Assembly: GCA_964418745.1 (NCBI GenBank)
Contig: CAYQMX010000015.1
Span: 3,137-67,136 of the forward strand
Direction: 5' to 3'
DNA from: an uncultured Vitreoscilla sp.
GTDB lineage: Bacteria; Pseudomonadota; Gammaproteobacteria; Burkholderiales; Burkholderiaceae_C
DNA length: 64,000 nucleotides
Positions within the stretch are counted from its first letter, which is position 1. Every line of letters begins with the position of its first letter. Positions 10,127 through 19,656 of this stretch are shown one piece after another. The notes under the pieces were generated by a model. It was not told the DNA's origin, searched no databases, and was given only the letters and a program-made list of their open reading frames with translations. The position numbers and the translations under genes are program-made.

Positions 10127-10752
10127 GCCTGCAGCCCCAGCAGGGCCGGGTCGCCCCGGCCCGCGCGCACCAGCACCGGCTCGTCGCCGGTGAGGTCCAC
10201 CACGGTCGTCGGCGCCATCGGGCACGCGCCCGCGCAGACGATCGCCTGGATGCTCTTCTCGAAACGGGCCCGGATCTCGTCGGTGTCGTTCAGCGGTTCG
10301 GTCTCGCCGGGCGGGATCAGCGTGGTGGCCAGCAGCGGCTGGCCCAGTTCCTCGAGCAGGCACTGCAGCACCTTGTGGTCGGGCACGCGCAGCCCGATCG
10401 TGCGGCGCGACGGGTGCGACACGCGGCGCGGCACTTCCTTCGTGGCGTCGAGGATGAACGTGAACGGGCCCGGCGTGGCGCCCTTGAGCATGCGGTACTG
10501 GCGGTTGTCGACGCGGGCGTAGTTGGCCAGCTCGGACAGGTCGCGGCACAGCAGCGTCAGGTGGTGCTTGTCGTCGACGCCGCGCACGCGGCGCAGCTTC
10601 TCGACGGCGTCCTTGTCGTCGAGATGGCAGACGAATGCGTAGCTGGAGTCGGTGGGCACCGCGGCGAGCCCGCCGTCGTGCAGGATCTGCGCCGCCTGCC
10701 GCAGCAACCGGACCTGCGGATTGTCGGGGTGGACGTCGAAGAATTGGGACAT
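10123..10752 (-). CDS. yciO: YciO-type Sua5/YciO/YrdC family protein (threonylcarbamoyl-AMP synthase fold)
   Basis: MSQFFDVHPDNPQ...TDSSYAFVC...LLCRDLSELANY...KEVPRR...PTTVVDLT is colinear with my recollection of E. coli YciO. Confidence 0.8.
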   Translation of the reverse strand: MSQFFDVHPDNPQVRLLRQAAQILHDGGLAAVPTDSSYAFVCHLDDKDAVEKLRRVRGVDDKHHLTLLCRDLSELANYARVDNRQYRMLKGATPGPFTFILDATKEVPRRVSHPSRRTIGLRVPDHKVLQCLLEELGQPLLATTLIPPGETEPLNDTDEIRARFEKSIQAIVCAGACPMAPTTVVDLTGDEPVLVRAGRGDPALLGLQA

Positions 10753-10804
10753 GGCGCGATTGTCTCAGCGCGGGCGCGCCCTTGTCATGACAACGCGCAA
10801 GCGG

Positions 10805-11770
10805 CTACTCCGGCAACACATCCACCGCCGCCGCCGGGCTGGCCGCGCCCGGGCGGCGCAGGTTGAGGGCCGCCGACGTCGCCCCACAGGCGGCGATCAC
10901 CGCCATGCCGACCCAGGCCCAGCGGTCGGGCACGTGGTCGAACGCGACGTAGGCGATCAGCGCGGCGAACGCGATCTGCGCGTAGACGAAGGGCATGAGC
11001 GCGGCCGTGCGGGCCTTGCCGAGCGCCAGGATCAGGAACAGGTGGCCGACGGTGCCGAACAGGCCGCACAGGCCCATCATCGGCCACGCGCTGGCCGGCA
11101 GCCCATGCAGCAGGGCCAGCGTGGCATCGACGCCCTGCAGGCCGGCGGCGACCGCCAGCACCGGCCACAGCACCACCGTGCCGACGAAGCCGGTCCAGAA
11201 GTGCGTCGTCAGCGGGTTCTCGGCGCCGGCCAGCCGGCTCGTGAGCACCTGGAAGCTGGCGTAGGCCGCGGCGCCCAGCAGCGGCAGCGCGACGACCGAG
11301 CCGAAGGTGCCCGATCCGGGCCGGATGACCACCAGCGCACCGGCGAAGCCGCCGATGACCAGCGCCCAGCGCAGGCGCGACACCGCCTCGTGCAGCAGCG
11401 CGGCCGCCAGCACCGTCACCAGCAGCGGCGCGAGCATGTTGATCGCGGTGTACTCGGGCACCGGCATGTAGCGCACGGCGAAGAACGAACAGAAGCTGGA
11501 GACCAGCAGCAGGGCGCCGCGCAGCCACTGGAAGCGCGGATGCGCCGAGGCGTAGCCGGCCCGCCCGCGCGGCGCCAGCACGACCGCCATCACCACGGCC
11601 TGCACGGTGTAGCGCAACGTGATGATCAGCAGCACCGGCACGCCCCAGCGGCCGTCGGGCTGGCTCAGGCCGCGCGCGGTCGAGTCGAGCGACGCGAAGC
11701 AGGCGGCGGCCAGCAGGATCAGCAACACGCCCTGCAGCGGCTGCGCGTGCGCTGCGCGGCGGCCCTTCAC
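10805..11770 (-). CDS. EamA/DMT family transporter
   Basis: About 10 TM helices with duplicated EamA-like halves. The GTG start at 11770 overlaps the upstream gene stop (GTGA). The track ORF 10805..12544 reads through into the upstream gene in another frame. Confidence 0.8.
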   Translation of the reverse strand: MKGRRAAHAQPLQGVLLILLAAACFASLDSTARGLSQPDGRWGVPVLLIITLRYTVQAVVMAVVLAPRGRAGYASAHPRFQWLRGALLLVSSFCSFFAVRYMPVPEYTAINMLAPLLVTVLAAALLHEAVSRLRWALVIGGFAGALVVIRPGSGTFGSVVALPLLGAAAYASFQVLTSRLAGAENPLTTHFWTGFVGTVVLWPVLAVAAGLQGVDATLALLHGLPASAWPMMGLCGLFGTVGHLFLILALGKARTAALMPFVYAQIAFAALIAYVAFDHVPDRWAWVGMAVIAACGATSAALNLRRPGAASPAAAVDVLPE

Positions 11771-12690
11771 GAGGCCACGGGCTCGCGACGCAGCTCGGCC
11801 AGCGACCAGCGCGTCCACACCGGCGTCAGGCGCGGCGACAGCGTCGCCTGGCCGGGCAGCAGGCCCAGGTCGAGCCGGCTTTCCTGCGGGTCGTGGAAAT
11901 CGCTGCCGCGCGAGGCCAGCAGGCCGAACTCGAGCGCCATCTCGGTGTACTTGACGATGTCGCCGGCGTGGTGGCTGCCGGTCACCACCTCGACGCCCTC
12001 GCCGCCGTGGGCCTGGAACTCGGAAAACAGCGCGTATTCCTCGGTGGGCGTGAACTTGTAGCGGCCCGGGTGCGCGATGACCGCCACGCCACCGGCGGCG
12101 CGGATCCAGCGCACCGCGTCGCCCAGCTTCGCCCAGCGATGCTGCACGTAGCCCGGCTTGCCCTCGGTGAGGTAGCGCCGGAACACGGCGTGCATGTCGG
12201 GCGCCACGCCGCTCGCGATCAGGAAGCGGCCGAAGTGCGTGCGCGAGACCAGGTGCGGGTTGGGCGCCAGGCCGATCGCACCTTCGTAGGCGCCCTTGAT
12301 GCCCACCTGGGCCAGGCCGTCGCCCATCTGCCTGGCGCGCAGCTCTCGCCCGGCGCGCACCTGCGCGATGCCGGCCTTCAGTTCCTCGTTGGCGGGGTCC
12401 AGGCCGAGGCCGACGATGTGCACCGTGCTGTCGGCGAACGTGACCGAGATCTCGATGCCGTCGATGAACGCCAGTGCCTGCTCGCGCGCCGCGGCGCGCG
12501 CGGCGGCCAGGCCGCCCAGTTCGTCGTGGTCGGTCAGCGCCCACAGCTCGACGCCGTTGGCCTTCGCGCGCGCCGCGAGCTCACGGGGGTCCAGGGTTCC
12601 GTCGGAAGCGGTCGAGTGGCTGTGGAGGTCGGCGTTGAGGGTATTCACCGCAACGATCTTACCGGCGCCGGCGTGCCCGTGCCGCGGCAA
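11767..12690 (-). CDS. yciV: PHP-domain phosphoesterase, YciV/TrpH (RNase AM) family
   Basis: DLHSHSTASDGTL, LTDHD, HIVGLG, AHPGRY and GSDFH metal-ligand motifs are colinear with E. coli YciV as I recall it. The start may be a few codons downstream of 12690. Confidence 0.85.
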   Translation of the reverse strand: MPRHGHAGAGKIVAVNTLNADLHSHSTASDGTLDPRELAARAKANGVELWALTDHDELGGLAAARAAAREQALAFIDGIEISVTFADSTVHIVGLGLDPANEELKAGIAQVRAGRELRARQMGDGLAQVGIKGAYEGAIGLAPNPHLVSRTHFGRFLIASGVAPDMHAVFRRYLTEGKPGYVQHRWAKLGDAVRWIRAAGGVAVIAHPGRYKFTPTEEYALFSEFQAHGGEGVEVVTGSHHAGDIVKYTEMALEFGLLASRGSDFHDPQESRLDLGLLPGQATLSPRLTPVWTRWSLAELRREPVAS

Positions 12691-12779
12691 GTGGGAAGCC
12701 TTGGCCGGTCATTTCGGACCGGTGCGCCGATTCGCCTACCATTGCCGCGCGCACGCGCCGTGCGCCCCAACTATCCCCG

Positions 12780-13145
12780 ATGCACGGACTCCACCTGATC
12801 GCCGACCTGCACGACTGCCGCGGCGCCACACCGCTCGACGACGCCGACGCCCTGCGCACGCTGTGCCTGGATGCGGTCGAGCGCGCGGGCCTGCGCGCCG
12901 TGGGCAGCCTGTTCCATCCTTTCGTGGACGCGCAGGGGCGGCCGCAGGGTGTCACCGGCGTGGTGCTGCTGGTGGAGTCGCACTTGGCGGTGCACACCTG
13001 GCCCGAACTGCGCAGCGTGACGGCCGACGTCTACGTGTGCAATCTCGGGACCGACAACTCGGCGCGCGCCGAGGCGGTGATGGCGCGGCTGGTGGCGGCG
13101 TTCGGGCCGCGCGAGCCGCGCGTGCAGCGCGTCCAGCGCGGTTGA
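12780..13145 (+). CDS. speH: S-adenosylmethionine decarboxylase proenzyme (small pyruvoyl type)
   Basis: VVLLVESHLAVHTWPE contains the Glu-Ser self-cleavage site. DVYVCN is also present. The ~120-aa size is typical of SpeH/SpeD class 1. Confidence 0.88.
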   Translation: MHGLHLIADLHDCRGATPLDDADALRTLCLDAVERAGLRAVGSLFHPFVDAQGRPQGVTGVVLLVESHLAVHTWPELRSVTADVYVCNLGTDNSARAEAVMARLVAAFGPREPRVQRVQRG

Positions 13146-13146
13146 A

Positions 13147-13674
13147 TCAGGCCCGCAGCACGTCGGCGATGAAGCCCGCCTTCGCGCCGCCGTAGGCCGC
13201 GGCGCCTTGCGGGGCGGCCGCTATCCTGACCGCGTTGTAGCGCGCCAGCAGCTGCGCATCGGCGCGCAGCGCGTCGCGAAAGCGCATCAGCGCCTCGTGG
13301 CCGGAGCCCGACTCGATCAGCTGCAGCGTCAGCGCCACGCCGGCGTGCGGCGCGGCGAGGGCGGCGCGGCGGTCGTCGCCGGCCCAATGCGCGTTTGGCA
13401 CGTAGCCGGCCTCGCTCAACACGCCCATCGCCTCGTCGAAGCCTTCGCGCGGCACGGCCACGCAGACGTCGACGCCGCCGCGCGAATACGCCCCGGGGAT
13501 GGCCGATGCGCCCACGTGCTCGATGCGGGCATCGGGCAGGATGGCGGTGAGCAGCAGTTCAGCGTCTTCGTAGGCCGACATGGCCACGTCCTGGTAGTGG
13601 CGGGGGGCGAGCACCGCGACGGGATCGGCGGTGTCGAGGCGGCTGTCGTGCACGTCGGGGAAGGCCAGGCTCAT
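13147..13674 (-). CDS. GrpB family protein
   Basis: IEHVGASAIPG...VDVCV pattern and ~175-aa length resemble GrpB/UPF0157. This is motif-level evidence only. Confidence 0.55.
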   Translation of the reverse strand: MSLAFPDVHDSRLDTADPVAVLAPRHYQDVAMSAYEDAELLLTAILPDARIEHVGASAIPGAYSRGGVDVCVAVPREGFDEAMGVLSEAGYVPNAHWAGDDRRAALAAPHAGVALTLQLIESGSGHEALMRFRDALRADAQLLARYNAVRIAAAPQGAAAYGGAKAGFIADVLRA

Positions 13675-13770
13675 GGTCTGGGTCGGCGCGGGCGCGCGGC
13701 GGTCGGGATGGCGCGATTGTGCCGTGCCCGCCAGGGTATGCGCATCGGCGCAGACCCTGGCGGTGTCGTG

Positions 13771-15072
13771 TCAGCGCCGCACCGGCCTGCGCAGGGCCAG
13801 CACCGCCGCGGCGCCCAGCACCATCAGGGCGGCCAGCATGTGCAGGCCGGCGTCGGTGGAGTGCGTGGCGTCGCGGATCAGGCCGATGATCCAGGGAATG
13901 GCGAAGCCGGCAAGGTTGCCCACCGAGTTGATGAACGCGATGCCCATCGCCGCGGCGGTGCCGCCGAGGATCGCGGTGGGGTTGCTCCAGAAGACGGGCA
14001 GGGCGGACATGATGCCCATCGTGCACAGGGTCAGGCCCGCCATGGCCAGCATCACGTCGGCATGGAAGGCGACGCTGACCAGCAGACCCGCCGCGCCGGC
14101 CAGGCACGCCAGCGCGGTGTGCCAGCGATGCTCCAGCCGCCGGTCGGCGCTGTGCGCGACGACGATCATCGCGACGACCCCGAACGACCACGGGATCGCG
14201 CTGATGAAGCCCACCTGCAGCGGATCGGCCACGCCCATCGCCTTGATGATGGTGGGCAGCCAGAACGACACGCCGTACAGGCCCGAGACGATGGCGAAGT
14301 ACACGAACGCGAGCAGCCACACCTTGCCGTTGCCCAGCACGCTGGCGAGGCCGCCGTCGGCCTTGACCGACTCCTCCGCGGCGATGTCGCGCGCGATCAG
14401 CGCGCGCTCCTGCGGCGTGAGCCATTGCGCGTTCTTCACCCGGTCCTCGAGGAAGAACCAGGCGAGCACGCCCAGCACCAGCGACGGCACGGCCTCCAGC
14501 AGGAACAGCCACTGCCAGCCCTGCCAGCCGTTGACGCCGGCCAGCGCATGCAGGATCCAGCCCGAAGCCGGTCCGCCGACGATGCCGGCGACGGCCACCG
14601 CGGTGAGGAACAGCGACGTCGCCCGTCCGCGCCGCGCCGCGGGGAACCAGTACGTCAGGTACAGGATGATGCCGGGGAAGAATCCGGCCTCGGCCACGCC
14701 CAGCAGGAAGCGCACGAGGTAGAAGCTCGGTGCCGAGTCCACGAACATCGTCGCGGCCGACAGCACGGCCCAGGTGACCATGATGCGCGCGATCCAGCGC
14801 CCCGCGCCCACCTTGTGCAGCAGCACGTTGCTGGGGATCTCGAAGATGAAGTAGCCGATGAAGAAGATGCCCGCGCCGAAGCCGTAGACGGCATCGCTGA
14901 AGTGCAGCGCCTGCTGCATCTGCAGCTTCGCGAAGCCGACGTTCACGCGGTCGAGGTAGGCGGCGATGTAGCACAGGAACAGCAGCGGGATCAGGCGCCG
15001 CGCGACCTTGCGGTAGACCGCATCGGCGGCGGCGTCCGACGCGGGTGTCGGCGTCGCGGTGGGCGTGTTCAT
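13771..15072 (-). CDS. MFS transporter (anion:cation symporter-like)
   Basis: 12 TM helices and the YLDRVNVGFAKLQM motif typical of ACS-family MFS. ATG at 15072 is preceded by GGAGAA. The track ORF start at 15174 is rejected because its extension is Arg-rich and unlike coding sequence. Confidence 0.85.
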   Translation of the reverse strand: MNTPTATPTPASDAAADAVYRKVARRLIPLLFLCYIAAYLDRVNVGFAKLQMQQALHFSDAVYGFGAGIFFIGYFIFEIPSNVLLHKVGAGRWIARIMVTWAVLSAATMFVDSAPSFYLVRFLLGVAEAGFFPGIILYLTYWFPAARRGRATSLFLTAVAVAGIVGGPASGWILHALAGVNGWQGWQWLFLLEAVPSLVLGVLAWFFLEDRVKNAQWLTPQERALIARDIAAEESVKADGGLASVLGNGKVWLLAFVYFAIVSGLYGVSFWLPTIIKAMGVADPLQVGFISAIPWSFGVVAMIVVAHSADRRLEHRWHTALACLAGAAGLLVSVAFHADVMLAMAGLTLCTMGIMSALPVFWSNPTAILGGTAAAMGIAFINSVGNLAGFAIPWIIGLIRDATHSTDAGLHMLAALMVLGAAAVLALRRPVRR

Positions 15073-15410
15073 CGTTCTTCTCCGGTGCAGTCGTGCGATG
15101 GTGCGGCTTCGCCACTGGCCGGCGCAGCGGGGAAACACGCATGGCCCTGGCGCGCGTGGGTGCATTCGGCGCACCGCTGCGACGACTCGCGGCCGGTCGT
15201 GCCGGCGCGGCGAATGCGCGGGTCCTTGACGGGTGTCAACGTCGATCCGGTGCCTTCTCCGTATGGTGTCCCCTGGGGTTCATTTCGCCGTCTTCGGGCT
15301 GTTGCATCGAGGCGCTGCCGCAATCTCCGGACAGCGCTGGCGAAGGAGCGGGCGGTGGCCGCCGCTCGCGCCAACCCTCGCCAATCCGCCGCCAGGCCCG
15401 ACCCTATCCC

Positions 15411-16658
15411 ATGCAATTCACCGACACCGAATTCCCGCCGGCCGACCCGGCCGCCGACGCCGAGCACCTGATGAGCGGGCTCGCCGCCGCCCGCTTGCGA
15501 CCCCTCGTGCTGCGCGGCCATCGCGCACTGCTGCCGATCGTCCAGGGCGGCATGGGCGTGGGCGTCTCGGCGCATCGCCTGGCCGGCAGCGTCGCGGGAC
15601 TCGGGGCCATGGGCACCATCGCCTCGGTCGACCTGCGCCGGCACCACCCCGACCTGATGGCGCGCACGGGCACCCTGGAGGCCGGCGAGAGCGCGACGAT
15701 CGCCGCCAAGGCGGCCATCAACGCGGCCAATCTCGAAGCGCTGGAACGGGAGATCCGGCACGCACAGGCGCTGGCTGGAGGGCGCGGGCCGATAGCTCTG
15801 AACATCATGCGGGCCGTGGGCGAATACGCGCCGACGGTGGCCCGCGCCCTGGCATGCGGCATCGACGCCCTCGTCGTCGGCGCCGGTCTGCCGCTCGACC
15901 TGCCCGACCTGGCCAGCGACCACCCGGACGCGCTGCTGGTGCCCATCCTGTCCGATGCGCGCGGCATCCAGTTGCTGGTGCGCAAGTGGGAGCGCAAGAA
16001 GCGCATGCCCGATGCCATCGTGATCGAGCATCCCCGCTTCGCCGGCGGGCACCTGGGCGCGGCGCGAGTCGCCGACCTGGCCGACCCCCGCTTCGATTTC
16101 GAGAACGTGATTCCGCAGGCGCTGGAATTCCTGCGCGGCGCCGGGCTGGAAGGGCAGGTGCCGCTGATCGCCGCGGGCGGCATCCGCTGCCACGCCGACA
16201 TCGCGCGGCTGCAGGGCCTCGGCGCGGCGGCGGTGCAACTGGGAACGCCGTTCGCCGTGACCCTCGAATGCGATGCCCACGAGGACTTCAAGCGGGTGCT
16301 CGCCGATGCGCGCGACGAGGACCTGGTCGAGTTCACGAGCGTGGCCGGCCTGCCGGCGCGTGCCGTGCTGACGCCGTGGCTGCGCAACTACCTGAAGGCC
16401 GAGGACAAGCTCAAGAGCGTGGCCCACGTGAAGCCGCGCTGCACGCTGGCGTTCGACTGCCTGGCCCAGTGCGGCCTGCGCGACGGCACGGTCGCCTGGG
16501 GCCAGTTCTGCATCGACAAGCAACTGGCTTCAGCCCTGCGCGGCGACGTCCGCAAGGGGCTGTTCTTCCGCGGCGTCGGCGCGCTGCCGTTCGGTGCCGA
16601 GATCCGCAGCGTGCGCGAGCTGATGGCGCGGATGCTCACCGCGACCGCGCACGGCTGA
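15411..16658 (+). CDS. NAD(P)H-dependent flavin oxidoreductase, nitronate monooxygenase family
   Basis: LPIVQGGMGVGVS, IAAGGI and a TIM-barrel FMN pattern. ATG at 15411 chosen within the longer track ORF. Confidence 0.75.
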   Translation: MQFTDTEFPPADPAADAEHLMSGLAAARLRPLVLRGHRALLPIVQGGMGVGVSAHRLAGSVAGLGAMGTIASVDLRRHHPDLMARTGTLEAGESATIAAKAAINAANLEALEREIRHAQALAGGRGPIALNIMRAVGEYAPTVARALACGIDALVVGAGLPLDLPDLASDHPDALLVPILSDARGIQLLVRKWERKKRMPDAIVIEHPRFAGGHLGAARVADLADPRFDFENVIPQALEFLRGAGLEGQVPLIAAGGIRCHADIARLQGLGAAAVQLGTPFAVTLECDAHEDFKRVLADARDEDLVEFTSVAGLPARAVLTPWLRNYLKAEDKLKSVAHVKPRCTLAFDCLAQCGLRDGTVAWGQFCIDKQLASALRGDVRKGLFFRGVGALPFGAEIRSVRELMARMLTATAHG

Positions 16659-16696
16659 CGTCCCGCCCGGGTCGACCGCACGGCCCGGCCAGTGGC

Positions 16697-17914
16697 TCAA
16701 TCCGACTGCAGCGGCGGCCTGGGATCCAGCCTGAAACTGCTCGTGGTCGACTTCAGCAGTTCGACCTTGGATGCGTAGAGCGAGCGCTGCCTGGCGCTCG
16801 GGCTGTTGGCTTCGGCCTGGAGAAGATGCGCCATCGCCCGCCCGCGGTCGCCCAGGTTGAGGTAGATGACCGCCAGCCGGTAGTGCAGTTCGTGGTTGTC
16901 GCTCGCCGATCGCAGCGCACGCTCGAACAGGTCGCGTGCGCGCGCGTCGTCGCCGGATTCACTGGCCTGGATGCCTTCGGCCATGGCCGCTGCCAGCGAT
17001 GCCGCCCTCGAACGAGGGTGCTCCCGCTCGATGGCCGCTGCCAGTTCGGCGCGCCCGTCGCGCCGCAGCACGGCGGCCAGGTTGTGCCAGGATTCCTGGC
17101 TGTCGGGTTCCAGTGAAAGCGCGAAGCGCAACGCCGCCTCCGCCTGGGGCAGCAGGCCCTTGCGCAGGTACGTCACGCCCAGCGTGTTGTACAGGCTGAA
17201 GAGCGACGGGTCCAGCGCGACGCCGCCTCGGACCCACCAGTAGGCGTCGTCGATGCGCTTCTGCCCCAGCGCCTCGGCGGCCCGGTTGTTCATGAACATC
17301 GCGGCGATGCGGGACTCGGAGATCGGTCGCGTCACCTGGCCCTTGATTTCCGAGGGCGGCAGGAAGTCGACCGTCCACCAGTCCGACGCGAAGCCCCAGG
17401 TACGCAGCTTGGGAAGCGGCATCCCGACCGAGACGTTCACGTGCCCGACGAGCTCCATGAGATCGCCGTCGCGTTCCCAATGCTCGCTGGTCTCGACGGA
17501 TTGGTAGCGCACGGACAGTCCCAGTTCCTTGGCCATGGCACCGGTCACGATGGCCAGGGAGAGACAGTTGCCCGCGCGTGCCTCGAACGCCTGCGCGGCG
17601 GTGCGCGTGAATTCCGCGTCGTAGGCAAGCTGCAGGCGGCGATCCGTGAACAACGCTTCCATCAGCCCGTGCGCCTGGCCATGCTTGCCGACTTCCTCGG
17701 CGACCCGGGAGCCCAGGTAGGCACGCATCTCCGGGCTCACCCTGAAGATGTCCGCGGCATCGACCGGCTGGGACGGCGGGGCGAAGCTCGAATCGGAAAA
17801 GATCGGCTCGCTCGCGGCGACAGGGGCCGGTGCATGCGCGCAGGACGCCAGCGCCAGGCAGAGGAACAGCGCCCAGGACGGTCTCGTCATGTCGATTCTC
17901 AACGCCGGGCTCAT
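16697..17914 (-). CDS. Transglutaminase-like/TPR lipoprotein
   Basis: Lipoprotein signal ...LCLALASC, a transglutaminase-like core (AGNCLSLA, ELVGHVNV), and C-terminal TPR repeats. AGGAGG lies 6 nt upstream of ATG 17914 (alternative ATG at 17890). Confidence 0.7.
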   Translation of the reverse strand: MSPALRIDMTRPSWALFLCLALASCAHAPAPVAASEPIFSDSSFAPPSQPVDAADIFRVSPEMRAYLGSRVAEEVGKHGQAHGLMEALFTDRRLQLAYDAEFTRTAAQAFEARAGNCLSLAIVTGAMAKELGLSVRYQSVETSEHWERDGDLMELVGHVNVSVGMPLPKLRTWGFASDWWTVDFLPPSEIKGQVTRPISESRIAAMFMNNRAAEALGQKRIDDAYWWVRGGVALDPSLFSLYNTLGVTYLRKGLLPQAEAALRFALSLEPDSQESWHNLAAVLRRDGRAELAAAIEREHPRSRAASLAAAMAEGIQASESGDDARARDLFERALRSASDNHELHYRLAVIYLNLGDRGRAMAHLLQAEANSPSARQRSLYASKVELLKSTTSSFRLDPRPPLQSD

Positions 17915-18120
17915 GGACATCCTCCTGGAGGATCCAGGAATTCTGTTGGCTGCCGACCTCGCATCATGCCCCGCGGCCGACGCCGCACGGGCCCGCCGTC
18001 GTCGCGCCCGCAGATCATGGGACGAACAGGAATGTACTGCGACCGGCGCGGTCTTGTCCACGCGCACCGCGACACCGGCGGGACGCGTCGCCGGCCCGGC
18101 CCCTGCAGGGCTGCATGACG

Positions 18121-18156
18121 CAGAAAGGGCCCGCAAGCCGAAGCCTGCGGGCCCTT
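18121..18156 (-). terminator. Rho-independent terminator of the OmpA-like gene
   Basis: The minus-strand RNA forms GGGCCCGCAGGC-UUCG-GCUUGCGGGCCC (12-bp stem, UUCG tetraloop) followed by UUUCUG. Confidence 0.8.
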
Positions 18157-18180
18157 CGAACGATCAGACGGGAAGTCGGA

Positions 18181-19272
18181 TCAGTTCACTTGCCTGGTGA
18201 ACGTCACCGGTTCGATCTCGACGCGGCGGTTCGGCTCCAGGCACTTGATCAGCGCCGGGCGCTTCTTCTCGTCCTTGCACTCGACCACCGGATCGGCTTC
18301 GCCCTTGCCGACCGCGGTCAGGCGATTGGCGGCGACGCCCTTGCCCTGCAGGTAGGCCTTGACGGAGTTCGCGCGCTGTTCGGACAGCTTCTGGTTGTAG
18401 GCGTTGCTGCCGAGGCGGTCGGTGTAGCCGACGATGGTCACGCTGGCGATGTCGGCGTTGGCGTTCATCGTCGAGGCGACTTCATCGAGCTTGGGCTGGT
18501 TCGGGCCCAGCTTGGCGCTGTCGAAGCCGAACAGCTCGCTGGCCGACAGCGTGTACTTCTTCATCACCGGGGCGGGCGGCGGCGGGGGCGGCGCGATGAC
18601 CACCGGGGCGGGCGGCGGCGGCGGCGGGGTCGTGGCGACCGTCGTCTCCGTCGTGCGCGTGCTCGTGACCACCGGCACCACGGGCGGGGCCGGCGGGCCG
18701 CCGAACGCCCAGGTCAGGCCGACGTTGGCGTAGGTGTTGGCCGCGTGCTTCATGTCGTACTGGTTGATGCGGTCGCGGTAGAACGAGGCGACTTCGCGGA
18801 CGTCGGCCTGCAGGCCCAGCGTCGGCGTGATCTTGTACTGGAAGCCCAGGCCCAGGTTCGCGTAGGGCGCGGTGCGGCGGAAGCTGCCCACGCTCGGGTC
18901 GGTGATGCCGTCGCGCGACACGCCGACGCCGGCCAGCACGAACGGACGGAAGCCCGCCGGCGTGAACAGGTACAGCGCGTCGACACCTGCCAGGTACTCG
19001 TGCATCTTGATGCCGTTGTTCTTGGACTGGGCGTAGTTGCCGCCGATCTGCAGGTCCCAGCTGGGCGACAGCGGGATGCCGAACTTGATGCCGCCGCCAT
19101 AGCCGATCTTGTCCTCGGGGAACTTCGAATCGGGCTTGATGGCGCTGCCATTGAGCAGGATGTAGTCCGAGGGGTTGTAGGTCTCGTTGGTCTGCGCGGC
19201 GGCGGTACCGATGAACGCGAGGGCGGCGGCGGCTGCCAGCGCGTTGATCGCGAGCGACTTGTGTTGAATCAT
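18181..19272 (-). CDS. OmpA family outer-membrane protein (beta-barrel + Pro-rich hinge + OmpA_C peptidoglycan-binding domain)
   Basis: Signal peptide MIQHKSLAINALAAAAALAFIGTAAAQ, an 8-strand-like barrel, a PPPPPPAPVVIAPPPPPPAP hinge, and VGYTDRLGSNAYNQKLSEQRANSV. AGGAG lies upstream of ATG 19272. Confidence 0.92.
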   Translation of the reverse strand: MIQHKSLAINALAAAAALAFIGTAAAQTNETYNPSDYILLNGSAIKPDSKFPEDKIGYGGGIKFGIPLSPSWDLQIGGNYAQSKNNGIKMHEYLAGVDALYLFTPAGFRPFVLAGVGVSRDGITDPSVGSFRRTAPYANLGLGFQYKITPTLGLQADVREVASFYRDRINQYDMKHAANTYANVGLTWAFGGPPAPPVVPVVTSTRTTETTVATTPPPPPPAPVVIAPPPPPPAPVMKKYTLSASELFGFDSAKLGPNQPKLDEVASTMNANADIASVTIVGYTDRLGSNAYNQKLSEQRANSVKAYLQGKGVAANRLTAVGKGEADPVVECKDEKKRPALIKCLEPNRRVEIEPVTFTRQVN

Positions 19273-19656
19273 TGACTCACTCCTGAGGTGGTTTTGTGAA
19301 GGGCTGTCACGCGGTCCGGCGAGCTGTTGCATGGAGGGATGCTCGCCCTGGAAGGACCTTACGTCGCCCGGAACCGTCGTTGTTGAACCGTCGCTGACAG
19401 GTGCGGAAGAGTTCCTCCGTCCGGTGCGGCTCGGCAACGACGGCCGGGCATGGTGTGCATCGTGGCAAGCGTCATGCCCGCGGGCATCCTGTACGTCGCG
19501 TCACGATTTGTTGCCGGTCTTGCGGCCTCGTTGCTCGGGGCCGCGCGCCGGCGCATTCGCCACGCGACGTAACGAGTCGTCAGGCGCGATCGGCACCGGA
19601 CGTGCGGCAATCGCGTCGCAGCGTGTTGCTGACGGGTAAAGCCGCGCGGCGCGTGG

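Noticed and set aside
10805-12544. 579-aa ORF treated as one gene
   Set aside because: Only the C-terminal ~321 aa (10805..11770) look like an EamA transporter. The N-terminal part is an out-of-frame read across the PHP-domain gene.
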